Source: Macrostomum hystrix (taxonomy: Eukaryota; Animalia; Platyhelminthes). Taken from it: a stretch of 64,000 nucleotides of DNA. This document shows positions 1 through 24,303 of this stretch, piece by piece. The notes under the pieces were generated by a model. It was given only the letters and a program-made list of their open reading frames with translations. It was not told the origin of the DNA and ran no database searches. The first letter of the stretch is position 1, and each line of letters starts with the position of its first letter. Location: contig CATNEN010000001.1 of assembly GCA_950097015.1 (NCBI GenBank), forward strand, positions 186,001 through 250,000, given 5' to 3'. A program made the position numbers and the translations under genes.

Positions 1-652
1 GTTAGACAGACTCCAAACCTGTTAGACAGACACCAAACCTGTTAGACAGACTCCAAACCTGTTAGACAGACTCCAAATCAGTTAGACTGACCTCAAACCA
101 GTTAGACAGACTCCAAACAAGTTAGACTGATTCCAAACCTGTTAGGCAGACTCCAAACCTGTTAGACAGACACCAAACCTGTTAGACAGACTCCAAACCT
201 GTTAGACAGACTCCATACCTGTTAGTCAGACACCAAACCTGTTAGACAGACACCAAACCTGTTAGACAGACACCAAACCTGTTAGACAGACACCAAACCT
301 GTTAGACAGACTCCAAACAAGTTAGACAGACTCCAAACCTGTTAGACAGACACCAAACCTGTTAGACAGACACCAAACCTGTTAGACAGACTCCAAACCT
401 GTTAGACAGACTCCAAACCTGTTAGACAGATTTCAAACCTGTTAGACAGACACCAAACCTGTTAGACAGACTCCAAACCTGTTAGACAGATTTCAAACCT
501 GTTAGACAGACACCAAACCTGTTAGACAGACTCCAAACCTGTTAGACAGACTCCAAACCTGTTAGACAGACACCAAACCTGTTAGACAGACACCAAACCT
601 GTTAGGCACAGACTCCAAACCTGTTAGACAGACACCAAACCTGTTAGGCAGA
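1..652. repeat. 20-bp minisatellite (GTTAGACAGACTCCAAACCT)n, runs off the window start
   Basis: About 32 tandem 20-bp units read directly. Confidence 0.97.
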
Positions 653-919
653 CGCCCTACATTTTCGGATCCCATTTTTTAATTAAATGAATTAAAAAAA
701 TGGATTGAATCAGGCATTGGCCATATTTCGTATAACTGTAGCTTGTATTGTAGGCTCGAACCAACCCCCCAAACTAAACAGGACAGCTGCATGATTGCGA
801 TAGATTAAAGACGATAATGAACTAAAACATCGCTATTTAGCACTGTCACCCCTGGCATACAACAGAATCTGAGTGTCATCAGCTCGTGATGCAAATTTTT
901 TACAATCCCCTAATTGCAG

Positions 920-3900
920 GCTCGCAGCAGCAGCAGCAGCAGCCGCTATTAGTTGCCAAGGAGACCAAAAAGCTCTCACAGATAGGACAGTTGAACCTGT
1001 CCACGAACGCTGGTTTTGAGTAAGTCGTTTTACCTTTGCTTTATCAATGATGAATTACATATTTTATACTATAATGTAAGATGTGTACTTTCTCTATCAA
1101 ATTTGAGTACTTATTTAATTTAGTTTAACACCATAGTCCTTGTCACCTTCAGATATTGCATTACTTTCTCACAACTGGTTCAGAATCTTTTCGGATCTGG
1201 TTAGTTTGCGATGAGCAAATAGAAGAAACTAGGTTGGTTCTGCGTACATAAAATTTGTCTCCCAATTCCCATCTATCCAGATCTAGCACTTTCTTATCTC
1301 CTAACGTTCCCTATTACAATATACCAAAATCTCCCCTTTCCCATTTATCCCAATCTGCCCTTTCCCATTTATCCCAATCTGCCCCGTCCCATTTATCCCA
1401 ATCTGCCATGTCCCATTTATCCCAATCTGCCCTGTCCCATTTATCCCAATCTGCCCTGTCCCATTTATCCCAATCTGCCCTGTCCCATTTATCCCAATCT
1501 GCCCTGTCCCATTTATCCCAATCTGCCCCTTCCCATTTATCCCAATCTGCCCTTTCCCATTTATCCCAATCTGCCCTGTCCCATTTATCCCAATCTGCCC
1601 TGTCCCATTTATCCCAATCTGCCCTGTCCCATTTATCCCAATCTGCCCCTTCCCATTTATCCCAATCTGCCCTTTCCCATTTATCCCAATCTGCCCTTTC
1701 CCATTTATCCCAATCTGCCCCTTCCAATTTATCCCAATCTGCCCTTTCTCATTTATCCCAATCTGCCCTTTCTCATTTATCCCAATCTGCCCTTTCCCAT
1801 TTATCCCAATCTGCCCTGTCCCATTTATCCCAATCTGCCCTGTCCCATTTATCCAAATCTGCCCTTTCCCATTTATCCCAATCTGCCCCTTCCCATTTAT
1901 CCCAATCTGCCCTTTCCCATTTATCCCAATCTGCCCTGTCCCATTTATCCCAATCTGCCATGTCCCATTTATCCCAATCTGCCCTGTCCCATTTATCCCA
2001 ATCTGCCCTGTCCCATTTATCCCAATCTGCCCTGTCCCATTTATCCCAATCTGCCCTGTCCCATTTATCCCAATCTGCCCCTTCCCATTTATCCCAATCT
2101 GCCCTTTCCCATTTATCCCAATCTGCCCTGTCCCATTTATCCCAATCTGCCCTGTCCCATTTATCCCAATCTGCCCTGTCCCATTTATCCCAATCTGCCC
2201 CTTCCCATTTATCCCAATCTGCCCTTTCCCATTTATCCCAATCTGCCCTTTCCCATTTATCCCAATCTGCCCCTTCCAATTTATCCCAATCTGCCCTTTC
2301 TCATTTATCCCAATCTGCCCTTTCTCATTTATCCCAATCTGCCCTTTCCCATTTATCCCAATCTGCCCTGTCCCATTTATCCCAATCTGCCCTGTCCCAT
2401 TTATCCAAATCTGCCCTTTCCCATTTATCCCAATCTGCCCCTTCCCATTTATCCCAATCTGCCCTTTCCCATTTATCCCAATCTGCCCTTTCCCATTTAT
2501 CCCAATCTGCCCCTTCCCATTTATTCCAATCTGCCCTGTCCCATTTATCCCAATCTGCCCTGTCCCATTTATCCAAATCTGCCCCTTCAAATTTATCCCA
2601 ATCTGCCCCCTTCCAATTTATCCCAATCTGCCCTTTCTCATTTATCCCAATCTGCCCACTTCCAATTTATCCCAATCTGCCCTTTCCCATTTATCCCAAT
2701 CTGCCCTTTCCCATTTATCCCAATCTGCCCTGTCCCATTTATCCCAATCTGCCCTTTCCCATTTATCCCAATCTGCCCTGTCCCATTTATCCCAATCTGC
2801 CCTGTCCCATTTATCCCAATCTGCCCCTTCCCATTTATCCAAATCTGCCCTTTCCCATTTATCCCAATCTGCCCTGTCCCATTTATCCCAATCTGCCCTT
2901 TCCCATTTATCCCAATCTGCCCTGTCCCATTTATCCCAATCTGCCCTGTCCCATTTATCCCAATCTGCCCTGTCCCATTTATCCCAATCTGCCCTGTCCC
3001 ATTTATCCCAATCTGCCATGTCCCATTTATCCCAATCTGCCCTTTCCCATTTATCCCGATCTCCCCTTTCCCATCTCTGCCAATCTTCCCTTACTATCCT
3101 AACTCTTACAATATCCCTTTGAAGATCTCAATCTCGTTTGAAACTGATTTCAAAACAAACCAAGCTTTCCATTCAGTTTTTCTCGACATCTTTAAAGTGA
3201 GTGCTCAAATATTCTTCAGAAACGCACTTCTGAAAAGAAATTCATCTTTGAAACGTGAAATTCAGGATCTCTTAAAGCGATTAGACAGTCGTCAATCAAA
3301 ACTAATTTTCTACTGCTGTATCTAGCTGATTTTCTAATTAAACATTTATATAACTTTTTTTGACTAATTAGGGATATTTCAAATGCAGCTTTGTTACACT
3401 CTTGTTATTCAAATGATCGACCGACTTAGTTTTGACTTTCCTGTTAGACAGTGGTGTTAGATTTATCATTCCTGTTAGACAGTGGTGTTAGATTTAGCAT
3501 TCCTGTTAGGCAGTGGTGTTAGATTTAGCATTCCTGTTAGACAGTGGTGTTAGATTTAGCATTCCTGTTAGACAGTGGTGTTAGATTTACAATCCTGTTA
3601 GACAGTGGTGTTAGATTTACAATCCTGTTAGACAGTGGTGTTAGATTTATCATTCCTGTTAGACAGTGGTGTTAGATTTAGCATTCCTGTTAGACAGTGG
3701 TGTTAGATTTACAATCCTGTTAGACAGTGGTGTTAGATTTACAATCCTGTTAGACAGTGGTGTTAGCTTAACAATCCTGTTAGACAGTGGTGTTAGATTT
3801 ATCATTCCTGTTAGACAGTGGTGTTAGATTTACTATTCCTGTTGGACAGTGGTGTTAGATTAATAATCCTGTTAGAGTGGTGTTAGATTTACTATTCCTG

Positions 3901-4176
3901 TTAGACAGTGGTGTTAGATTTAGCATTCCTGTTAGACAGTGGTGTTAGATTTACTATTCCTGTTAGACAGTGGTGTTAGATTTACTATTCCTGTTAGACA
4001 GTGCAATGAGCTAAAATAGAAAATTATTTGATTGAGCTAAACACTCAAAACACCAACCCTGCATGCGATATGACAGGTCCAGTCGCCACTCGCACCGATT
4101 GTCGCCGAGAATTTCGACACACAATTCAGAGCGGCATCATCAGACGCCACCATCGACACCATTTGAGCATCAGCGT

Positions 4177-4210
<34 letters not shown>

Positions 4211-6297
4211 GGACAATTTCAACCCCAACGCCGACTCAAACTCCGACACCGACTCCGACTCTAGTTGCCACAATGTCGTCAACTTCAACGTCTCCACTGC
4301 CGCCGTACGGACAAGCTTTCGAGTTGTTTCAGCATCAGCAGCAGCAGCTGGTCGGCAATCGACCCCGCCGCGCTGCTTCTAGCGTGACTCGAGCCACATC
4401 CGAGAGAGTCACACTATCGCCACAGCATCATCATCATCATCAGCAGCAGCAGCAGCAGCCAGTTGGTCGTCAGCCATCAGCTTCGCTGCTGACTGCGCCT
4501 GGATCGAACCAAACGATATCTGGCGCTGGGCCAACTGGCCGGAAGGCGCGCAGCTTTGACGCTCACTGGATCGGCGTCCATCAGGGTCAGGAGGGTGGTG
4601 TCGTCGACAGGCGCGACAGCCCGCCAAGCATCGTTAGCTACAATGACACAGGCAGCCTAGAGGAGGTGCAGGACAAACAGCTCATGCTGGACGAGATACA
4701 CGATGACGAGCTCATCGGTGGAGGCTATTTTGCTCAGAGGCGCTACCTTCCAAGCTACTGGCAGCCGGGAGTTGTCTATCGGGACGATGCAAACTGGCAA
4801 CGGCAACGACCGCCACTCGGTACCGCAGTGTCGGACACAACTCGCCCCGATCCGCGTCAACTTTGGCGCCTTCGATGCAGCTTCGAGGCCGGCCCAGCAG
4901 GCGGCGCGGCAGCGGCGAACTCAATGACGGCTGCGAGCTCGGAAGCTAACGCGGCGCTGACGGAGACTCGAAGGCAGCATTTTCGTCAGACTGTACTAGC
5001 CCGACGCAGCCAGAAAACCAACGCCAGCGGTGACACCAGCCTGGATAGCTTCGAAACTGCCACCACGGACCCGGAGGTCGAACCGTCGAACTCAAGCGGG
5101 CCGGGTCACAATACAACCACCAGTTTCGAGTCATCCACAGGAGCCGAGTCGCACACGGACTCAACCGGAGGCAACGGCGGTGGCGGCACCGGGGGCGGTT
5201 CGAGCAGCGGTAGCCGGAAGTTGCACCAGATGCAGCGGGATTCGGGCTACAAGAGCGTCGAATCGCAGGTGCCGAGCGGCGGTGGCTCAGTCGCAACCGG
5301 TACAGGAAGGACTCTGCCTACAATTCTTGTTGGACAGTTTTCTCTTCGGCTGCCATCTTCTTCGAAGCAGCCGCAGCTGCCACAGTCGCCGAGGTTGTCG
5401 ACTGACTCAGCGTGCCTGTCACCGCAGCAGCACCTGATGCTGCAGCCGCAGCAGCGTCAGAGATCACTGCCAGCGCAGCCGACTTTGGTCAAGGCTCAGC
5501 AACAAATTCTAATTCATCAGCAGCACAAACTGACGCCACAGTTGCACAAGCAGCAGCACCAGCCGCCCCAGCAGCAGCGGCAGCAGCAGCAGCAGCAGCA
5601 GCATGCGCAGAGTCAACGCTCGCCAACGCTAATAGTGACCCAAGCGGACCCAGCTCCGACAGATTCGAAAGCGTCAGCGAGGCGTCGGAAGTTCAGCGAG
5701 GATCGCCGAAGGTTCAGCCCGCTGCCGCAGGCGTCGCCACCTGCGGTTCAGGTTCTTCAGCACCCGCTGGAAATGGAAGATGACGAAGACGAGGCTGACT
5801 ATTCACAAGATTTTCAAGACAACGCCGACAGCAAAGCGCCAGTTTTTAATAGATTCTTTAATCAGCAGCAGCAGCAGACACAGAAGCGTCAATCTCAGCG
5901 TCTGCAGCGAGACTACAGCATAGACGAGCGCACAAATGCCATATTCAACGAATTTCTCAAGGTAGACGATTGCGACGAGCTGCCGAAGGACTCGCCGATG
6001 CCGCAGCATCTGCTGCAGCCGCAGCAGCAGCACAGTCGGCTGAAACGCTTCGAAACCGACAGGACGGATTATCGACCCCCGTCTGCCGGGCGGGCTTCAC
6101 CGATGAGCCAACGAAGCCGAAGCTACAATGTGGAGACAGCGATGCCTTCACAGCAGCAGCAGCAGCAGCACTATTATCATCATCATCAACAACAACAGTG
6201 GCCGCAGCAGCATTCGTCTCCAGTCAGGGGTTACCTCAGACTTCCTCCAGGCAGTAATAGTCACTACCTGACCGTCACACGGGAGCCGAGAACTTGA
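920..6297 (+). CDS. CBARP: 3' part of a polyQ/low-complexity protein, CBARP/BARP-like (calcium channel beta subunit-associated regulatory protein); exons 920-1019 and 4077-6297
   Basis: Exon 920-1019 (TTGCAG|...GA|GTAAGT; SQQQQQQPLLVAKETKKLSQIGQLNLSTNAGF) joins in phase 2 to the acceptor GACAG|G at 4077, continuing the 744-aa ORF to TGA 6297. Ordered motifs LWRLRCSFE, LHQMQRDSGYKSVE and QRDYSIDERTNAIFNEFL match my recollection of vertebrate BARP (LWSLRASLE, LLQMDSGYASIE, RRDYSIDEKTDALFHEFL). 5' exons are probably outside the window. Coding status is well supported; the identity is from memory. Confidence 0.65.
1330..3075. repeat. 24-bp minisatellite (CCCATTTATCCCAATCTGCCCTGT)n, intronic
   Basis: About 70 tandem units; the source of the SHLSQSAL, GQIGING and ADWDKW pseudo-ORFs. 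Confidence 0.97.
3440..4003. repeat. 31-bp minisatellite (CTGTTAGACAGTGGTGTTAGATTTAGCATTC)n, intronic
   Basis: About 18 tandem units. Confidence 0.95.
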
Positions 6298-6933
6298 AAT
6301 AATGCTATAAACCTTACTAATTTGTGATTTATTCATTAATAATTTTGTTTTATATTTATTTTTGTTGCTGTTTTACTCTTAGTCAAACAATTTTTGAAGC
6401 TGTGCAAAAAAGACGTTTCTGTTCTGAAGTATTGTGCAACGGTTGTTCGCTTTAAAGTCAAATTGAAAAAAAACTGTGTTTTTCTTTGAATTGAATATAA
6501 AAAATGTCTACTAAAAGCCTGAGATTGAATGCTTTGTCGACTATGTTCTATACTGAGTTGTGTCGCCCTATTCTTTGGCATTTCTTTGTTGTCGAAAATT
6601 TTAGTGTAAATTTTGAGAAAAAGAGCGAATTAGTAATCAACATCGATGTTGTTAAATTTATTAAACATTTTTCTTTGAGACTTTTTTGCTCGAGATCTTT
6701 GTTTAAAATTGTTGATGTATTGAAAGCAGTTGAAACTGTACTTTATTTTTGTTTTAACTTTATCGATAGCGCCATTATTCCCGTCTCATGCAGCCTTTGT
6801 GTTTTAAAAGTCTTTGTTCCGAATAAGAAATATTTAAATGATTGCACTTTTATTATATACAAACAAATATAACACTTGTATATCGGCGTTGTATTACTGG
6901 CGAAGATGTGACAAAGCGTATTCTCGTTACTTT

Positions 6934-7935
6934 CTCGTGTCTCATCTCTCCCGCGTCTCATCTCTCCCGTGTCTCATCTCTCCCGTGTCTCATCTCTCCC
7001 GTGTCTCATCTCTCCCGTGTCTCATCTCTCCCGTGTCTCTTCTCTCCCCGTGTCTCATCTCCCCGTGTCTCATCTCCCCGTGTCTCATCTCTCCCGTGTC
7101 TCATCTCTCCCCGTGTCTCATGTCTCCTCGTGTCTCATCTCTCCCGTGTCTCATCTCTCCCGTGTCTCATCTCTCCTCGTGTCTCATCTCTCCCCGTGTC
7201 TCATCTCTCCCCGTGTCTCATCTCTCCCGTGTCTCATCTCTCCCGTGTCTCATCTCTCCTCGTGTCTCATCTCTCCCCATGTCTCATGTTTCTTGTGTCT
7301 CATCTCTCCCCGTGTCTCATCTCCCCGTGTCTCATCTCTCCCGTGTCTCATCTCTCCCCGTGTCTCATGTCTCCTCGTGTCTCATCTCTCCCGTGTCTCA
7401 TCTCTCCCGTGTCTCATCTCTCCCCGTGTCTCATCTCTCCCGTGTCTCATCTCTCCCCGTGTCTCATCCCTCCCGTTTCTCATCTCTCCCGTGTCTTATC
7501 TCTCCCGTGTCTCATCTCTCCCACGTCTCATCTCCCCGTGTCTCATCTCCCCGTGTCTCATCTCTCCCGTGTCTCATCTCTCCCCGTGTCTCATGTCTCC
7601 TCGTGTCTCATCTCTCCCGTGTCTCATCTCTCCCGTGTCTCATCTCTCCCGTGTCTCATCTCTCCCGTGTCTCATCTCTCCCGTGTCTCATCTCTCCCGT
7701 GTCTCATCTCTCCCGTGTCTCATCTCTCCCGTGTCTTATCTCTCCCGTGTCTCATATCTCCCGGTGTCTCATCTCTCCCGCGTCTCATCTATCCCGTGTC
7801 TCATCTCTCCCGTGTCTCATCTCTCCCGTGTCTTATCTCTCCCGTGTCTCATATCTCCCGGTGTCTCATCTCTCCCGCGTCTCATCTATCCCGTGTCTCA
7901 TATCTCCCGGTGTCTCATCTCTCCCGTGTCTCTCC
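6934..7935. repeat. ~16-bp minisatellite (CGTGTCTCATCTCTCC)n
   Basis: Tandem units of 15-17 bp; open in all three + frames as a repeat artefact. Confidence 0.95.
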
Positions 7936-8734
7936 TGCAAGCATTATTATTATGATAGGGTTCTTTGTCTCAGTCATCAATGCAGCAGTAAATTGGGCAT
8001 ACTATCCACCAATTATTCTTCATAACTACTGTATCATATCGTATACGAATTTCCGGATTTTATAACGCAAATAGTTTTATTTAAACGAAACAGAACACGC
8101 AAAAGAAGCCAGAATTGTTTTCTAATTCAAAGAGAAGCAACTAGACAGTTTCTCGGAAAGCTAAAAATAGACATCACGCAGACGAAGATTCAATGCCAGC
8201 CTCTCGCCTGAGCTTGGCGCCAAGAAGAATTGAGATAAGACTGTCTGCTATCCGATCCCGCCTACGGTCTCTCTGTCAAGATCCTGGCAATGCGATATCT
8301 GAAATTAATTGAATTCCCGCCCCAAAAAAACTGCTTGAGTTTCAGCTTTCCGCAGCTTCAGTCTCTCTGGTTACTGATGAGCCGACGGAGACATTGCGAA
8401 TACCAAATTTAGAGCTGTCTCAGCCAAATGACTTCAATTCTCCTGTCTTTTGCAGAATTTTCAGATTCTACTTTTGGGTTATGCGAAAAAGCGCTGTTGT
8501 TTGATAATTATAGAACCATCAGCAGCGAGTGCTTTGTCGAATTGGCAATCTAAACTCAGAACAATGTACTTACCGTATTAAATTATTGGTTGAATATAGA
8601 TAGATGCGAGCGTGAGATAGATAAGCACACAGGTGTGTACATCTGCCCTGACTTTCTCATCGTCAAACTGAGAGGCAAACGCTTTAGACCACTGTCCCAT
8701 ACTCCGCCCATTAAACACGATTCTAATTTTGAAT

Positions 8735-10045
8735 CCTGCTTCGATTCCTTGATTTTACAAGTCCTGCTTCGATTCCTAAAATTTATCAAGTCCTGCTTCG
8801 ATTCCTTGATTTTACAAGCTCTGCTTCGATTCCTTGATTTTACAAGCCCTGCTTCGATTCCTTGATTTTACAAGCCCTGCATCGATTCCCTGATTTTACA
8901 AGTCTTGCTTCGATTCCCTGATTTTACAAGCCCTGCTTCGATTCCCTGATTTTACAAGTCCTGCTTCGATTCCCTGATTTTACAAGTCCTGCTTCGATTC
9001 CTTGATTTTACAAGTCCTGCTTCGATTCCTAAAATTTATCAAGTCCTGCTTCGATTCCTAAAATTTATCAAGTCCTGCTTCGATTCCTTGATTTTAAAAG
9101 TCCTGCTTCGATTCCTTGATTTTACAAGCCCTGCTTCGATTCCCTGATTTTACAAGCCCTGCTTCGATTCCCTGATTTTACAAGCCCTGCATCGATTCCA
9201 TTGAATTTTACAAGTCCTGCTTCGATTCCTTGATTTTACAAGTCGTGCTTCGATTCCTAAAATTTATCAAGTCCTGCTTCGATTCCTTGATTTTAAAAGT
9301 CCTGCTTCGATTCCTTGATTTTACGAGCCCTGCTTCGATTCCCTGATTTTACAAGCCCTGCTTCGATTCCCTGATTTTACAAGTCCTGCTTCGATTCCTT
9401 GATTGTACAAGCCCTGCTTCGATTCCTTGATTTTATCAAGTCCTGCTTCGATTCCTTGATTTTACAAGTCCTGCTTCGATTCCCTGATTTTACAAGCCCT
9501 GCTTCGATTCCGTGATTTTACAAGTACGCTTCGATTCCCTGATTTTACAAGCCCTGCTTCGATTCCCTGATTTTACGAGCCCTGCTTCGATTCCCTGATT
9601 TTACAAGCCCTGCATCGATTCCATTGAATTTTACAAGTCCTGCTTCAATTCCTTGATTTTACAAGTCCTGCTTCAATTCCCTGATTTTACAAGTCCTGCT
9701 TCAATTCCTTGATTTTATCAAGTCCTGCTTCAATTCCGTGATTTTACAAGCCCTGCTTCAATTCCTTGATTTTACAAGTCCTGCTTCAATTCCGTGATTT
9801 TACAAGCCCTGCTTCAATTCCTTGATTTTACAAGTCCTGCTTCAATTCCTTGATTTTACAAGTCCTGCTTCAATTCCTTGATTTTACAAGTCCTGCTTCA
9901 ATTCCTTGATTTTACAAGTCCTGCTTCAATTCCTTGATTTTATCAAGTCCTGCTTCAATTCCCTGATTTTACAAGCCCTGCTTCGATTCCTTGATTTTAT
10001 CAAGTCCGGCTTCAATTCCTTGATTTTACAAGTCCTGCTTCGAAT
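8735..10045. repeat. 28-bp minisatellite (CCTGCTTCGATTCCTTGATTTTACAAGT)n
   Basis: About 46 tandem units. Confidence 0.95.
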
Positions 10046-10488
10046 CTACGAATCTTGCTTCGATTCATTAATTTTAAGTCACCGTACTACGATTCCTTGG
10101 TTCTAAGAAATTATGCTTCAAATATTCAATTCTAGGAAATCCTGCTTCGATTCCTTCATTCTAAGAAACACATGCTATGATTATTGTATTAGCGGCAGTG
10201 CAGATTACTATTGCTACGGTTAATAAAATAACTGGTCGGCATTTAGCCTGAAAAGTCACTCTTTCGTGAACGATGTCGATATATTTTCATTTGCTCTCGC
10301 AATAATTCATGTCTGACCTTTTCAGACACAATTTTGCCTCTAGCATCGACTAGCCTAGTGTATGCAAGACCACAGTTATTAATTCAATACCCAATTGTCT
10401 GTTATAACAAAAACCCGGTTCTTAGAAATAGGTTGTTATAGAACACTCTATTCATTCGCTGGCTCAGAAATTTATCCTTTTTATCATG

Positions 10489-11587
10489 CTCATCATCTAC
10501 TCCATGATGTCTCATACTCATCATCTACTCCATGATGTCTCATACTCATCATCTACTCCATGATGTCTCGTACTCATCATCTACTCCATGATGTCTCATA
10601 CTCATCATCTACTCCATGATGTCTCATACTCATCATCTACTCCATGATGTCTCATACTCATCATCTACTCCATGATGTCTCATACTCATCATCTACTCCA
10701 TGATGTCTCATACTCATCATCTACTCCATGATGTCTCATACTCATCTTCTACTCCATGAAATCTCATACTCATCATCTACTCCATGATGTCTCATACTCA
10801 TCATCTACTCCATGATGTCTCATACTCATCATCTACTCCATGATGTCTCATACTCATCATCTACTCCATGATGTCTCATACTCATCATCTACTCCATGAT
10901 GTCTCATACTCATCTTCTACTCCATGAAATCTCATACTCATCATCTACTCCATGATGTCTCATACTCATCATCTACTCCATGATGTCTCATACTCATCAT
11001 CTACTCCATGATGTCTCATACTCATCATCTACTCCATGATGTCTCATACTCATCATCTACTCCATGATGTCTCATACTCATCATCTACTCCATGATGTCT
11101 CATACTCATCATCTACTCCATGATGTCTCATACTCATCATCTACTCCATGATGTCTCATACTCATCATCTACTCCATGATGTCTCATACTCATCATCTAC
11201 TCCATGATGTCTCATACTCATCATCTACTCCATGATGTCTCATACTCATCATCTACTCCATGATGTCTCATACTCATCTTCTACTCCATGAAATCTCATA
11301 CTCATCATCTACTCCATGATGTCTCATACTCATCATCTACTCCATGATGTCTCATACTCATCATCTACTCCATGATGTCTCATACTCATCATCTACTCCA
11401 TGATGTCTCATACTCATCATCTACTCCATGATGTCTCATACTCATCTTCTACTCCATGAAATCTCATACTCATCATCTACTCCATGATGTCTCATACTCA
11501 TCATCTACTCCATGATGTCTCATACTCATCATCTACTCCATGATGTCTCATACTCATCATCTACTCCATGATGTCTCATACTCATCA
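10489..11587. repeat. 28-bp minisatellite (CTCATCATCTACTCCATGATGTCTCATA)n
   Basis: About 39 nearly identical tandem units. Confidence 0.97.
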
Positions 11588-13634
11588 ATTCAGCATTCTT
11601 TCAATCGATTCAGACATGTCAATTCGTAAAATAATTTTTCTGTTGGTAATTTTTACTTTCAGTCAACAGTAAGTAAATTATTATTAAATTTTCGCATTCT
11701 ACCTATCGTGTTCATCGCCCAGTCTGCAGTCACTGCGTGATTGGCAATCAGATTCAATTATAGAATTTCAGTAATTAACCAATTAGTCAACCTGTCAATA
11801 AGTTTCACAATGTTCCATTTCCGTAAGACCCAGAATTTGTGGCGCTATAAAAATCGATTCCAACCTTGGCTATAGGAGCTACAGTAACTGTACTCCATGC
11901 TTTCATTATATAAAGACCTGATCAGGGACATGAGGGTTCTTGAGCTTCCGAGTTGAGCAATATAATCGTCAAATATAATCCTGATAATGGAGTACAGCAA
12001 CCCTTAAAAAGATCGCTTGTACAGATATCCTTTCCGTAGTGGTCTTCGCTTCAATTAATCTCAATTTATAACAGCACTTCTGCAGTAGAACCAACAAGAG
12101 CCACGTACCTTCACCTGTGCTTTGATTGACACTAATTGCTCAAAGCAATAGTACATAATCTTTTAGACTCAATCTCAAAATAGTGATAGCTCTTATATAG
12201 GCAATTAAATTAGGCAATTAAATCATTATTCCGCTGAGAAATAAGAAATTGAAATATGTAGTTAATATAATTCTGTGTAGTCTTCTCCCAAAATATTTTA
12301 ATGCTGTGTAATTTTTTCTATTAAAATGTGTCTGTACTCGTAAATGTGTATAGTAGCATTGTCAGTTAAACAATGTTTAACCTGTTTAACCTGTTTAGCA
12401 TGTTCTCTGACAGGCGTAGTTCTTTCCTGATTTTTTATGTGTTTTTGGTTGATTTTTCGGCATTCGAGCGAAACAATTCAAAATGATCAGTTTCGATTAT
12501 CGCGACTGTCAATCATAAATTACAGACAGGTTGAAATTCCTCAGAAGAAGAAAATTTGAATATCTATGAGATTTACATTTTCCGTACAATTATTTATTAT
12601 GATTGTCTCGTAATAATATACTGTACGCATAATCTCAATAGATATTTGATTTACGAGTATAAACTGAATAGAATCGGCAGATGAAAGAAATTATGTCGAT
12701 TCTGACTAAAGATAATGCCATTTTACTTTTTAAAATAAAAAATTGAAGCATAATTCAAGATCGAGGCGTGGCCAACACATACAATGTTTTTTACGTGTCT
12801 TGCTTATATTTATACTCGAATTCACAAATTGAATGCTCTCGTTTTTGTTTGATTGATGTGTTAATGATCAAACGTCCTATTTGATGCGTGATCTTGATAG
12901 CTCACGTCAAATGTAAAACAAGACTGCAACTGACTGTTGAATTCTCATAAATTGCGGCCATTATTATGTACAACAATTCCTTTTACCTATATCCGTAGTA
13001 TTATCTGCAGGTAGCACGAAATCTTTAAAAGCGTTCGTTCACTAAAATAGTAATCAAAACTCCATTCCTAACATACTACTATTGAGACTAAAATGCTAAA
13101 AATATGCCTTATATGCAAACGTTTTTTCTCGTGCAATTATTTTCTTTCACAGCGATCCGATTTCAGCCAGGACCAGACTGGCAGCATGTCTTTTGTTGTT
13201 GCCTCTAAGGCCTAAAGAAAAAAAATACTAGCAAAGATATTAAGTTTTTTCACGCATAATTTAAAATCATTCACAGCGTATAAAACAAAACAATATTACC
13301 ATTTGCCCTTAACTATTATTGAGCGCAATTGTGCAGTATTTTTTATTAACATTTTCTATTTTTACTTTTGATTTAAAAGGGTAACTAACACACTTCTAAA
13401 AATAGAGTTTTCGTAATCGCACCCAGAATACGTTGTTTATTCGTTGTCGAATTCTGAGTTAACTGGGTACCGCGTCGGCTTTAGACCTTGTTTCCATTCA
13501 TTGTTTGCAATTTTCCTGTTCCATTATTTATATATTTCTATTTCAAGATTCTTCAAGCTATTAGTAAACCTTGCATAGATTTAACCACGACGTAAATTGC
13601 AATACATTAATAACTACTACTACTATAACTATTT

Positions 13635-24303
<10,669 letters not shown>

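Noticed and set aside
1255-3102. 615-aa SHLSQSAL ORF and antisense GQIGING/ADWDKW ORFs
   Set aside because: Translations of a 24-bp intronic minisatellite, open in several frames on both strands
6838-8065. Three overlapping 330-400-aa ORFs
   Set aside because: Stop-free 16-bp repeat
1-11587. Regular 20-31-bp repeats as CRISPR arrays
   Set aside because: Head-to-tail units with no unique spacers, no cas genes, eukaryotic context
11600-13600. Possible minus-strand exons and promoter motifs upstream of VCP
   Set aside because: No sustained frame or recognisable protein; the motifs are too short to support
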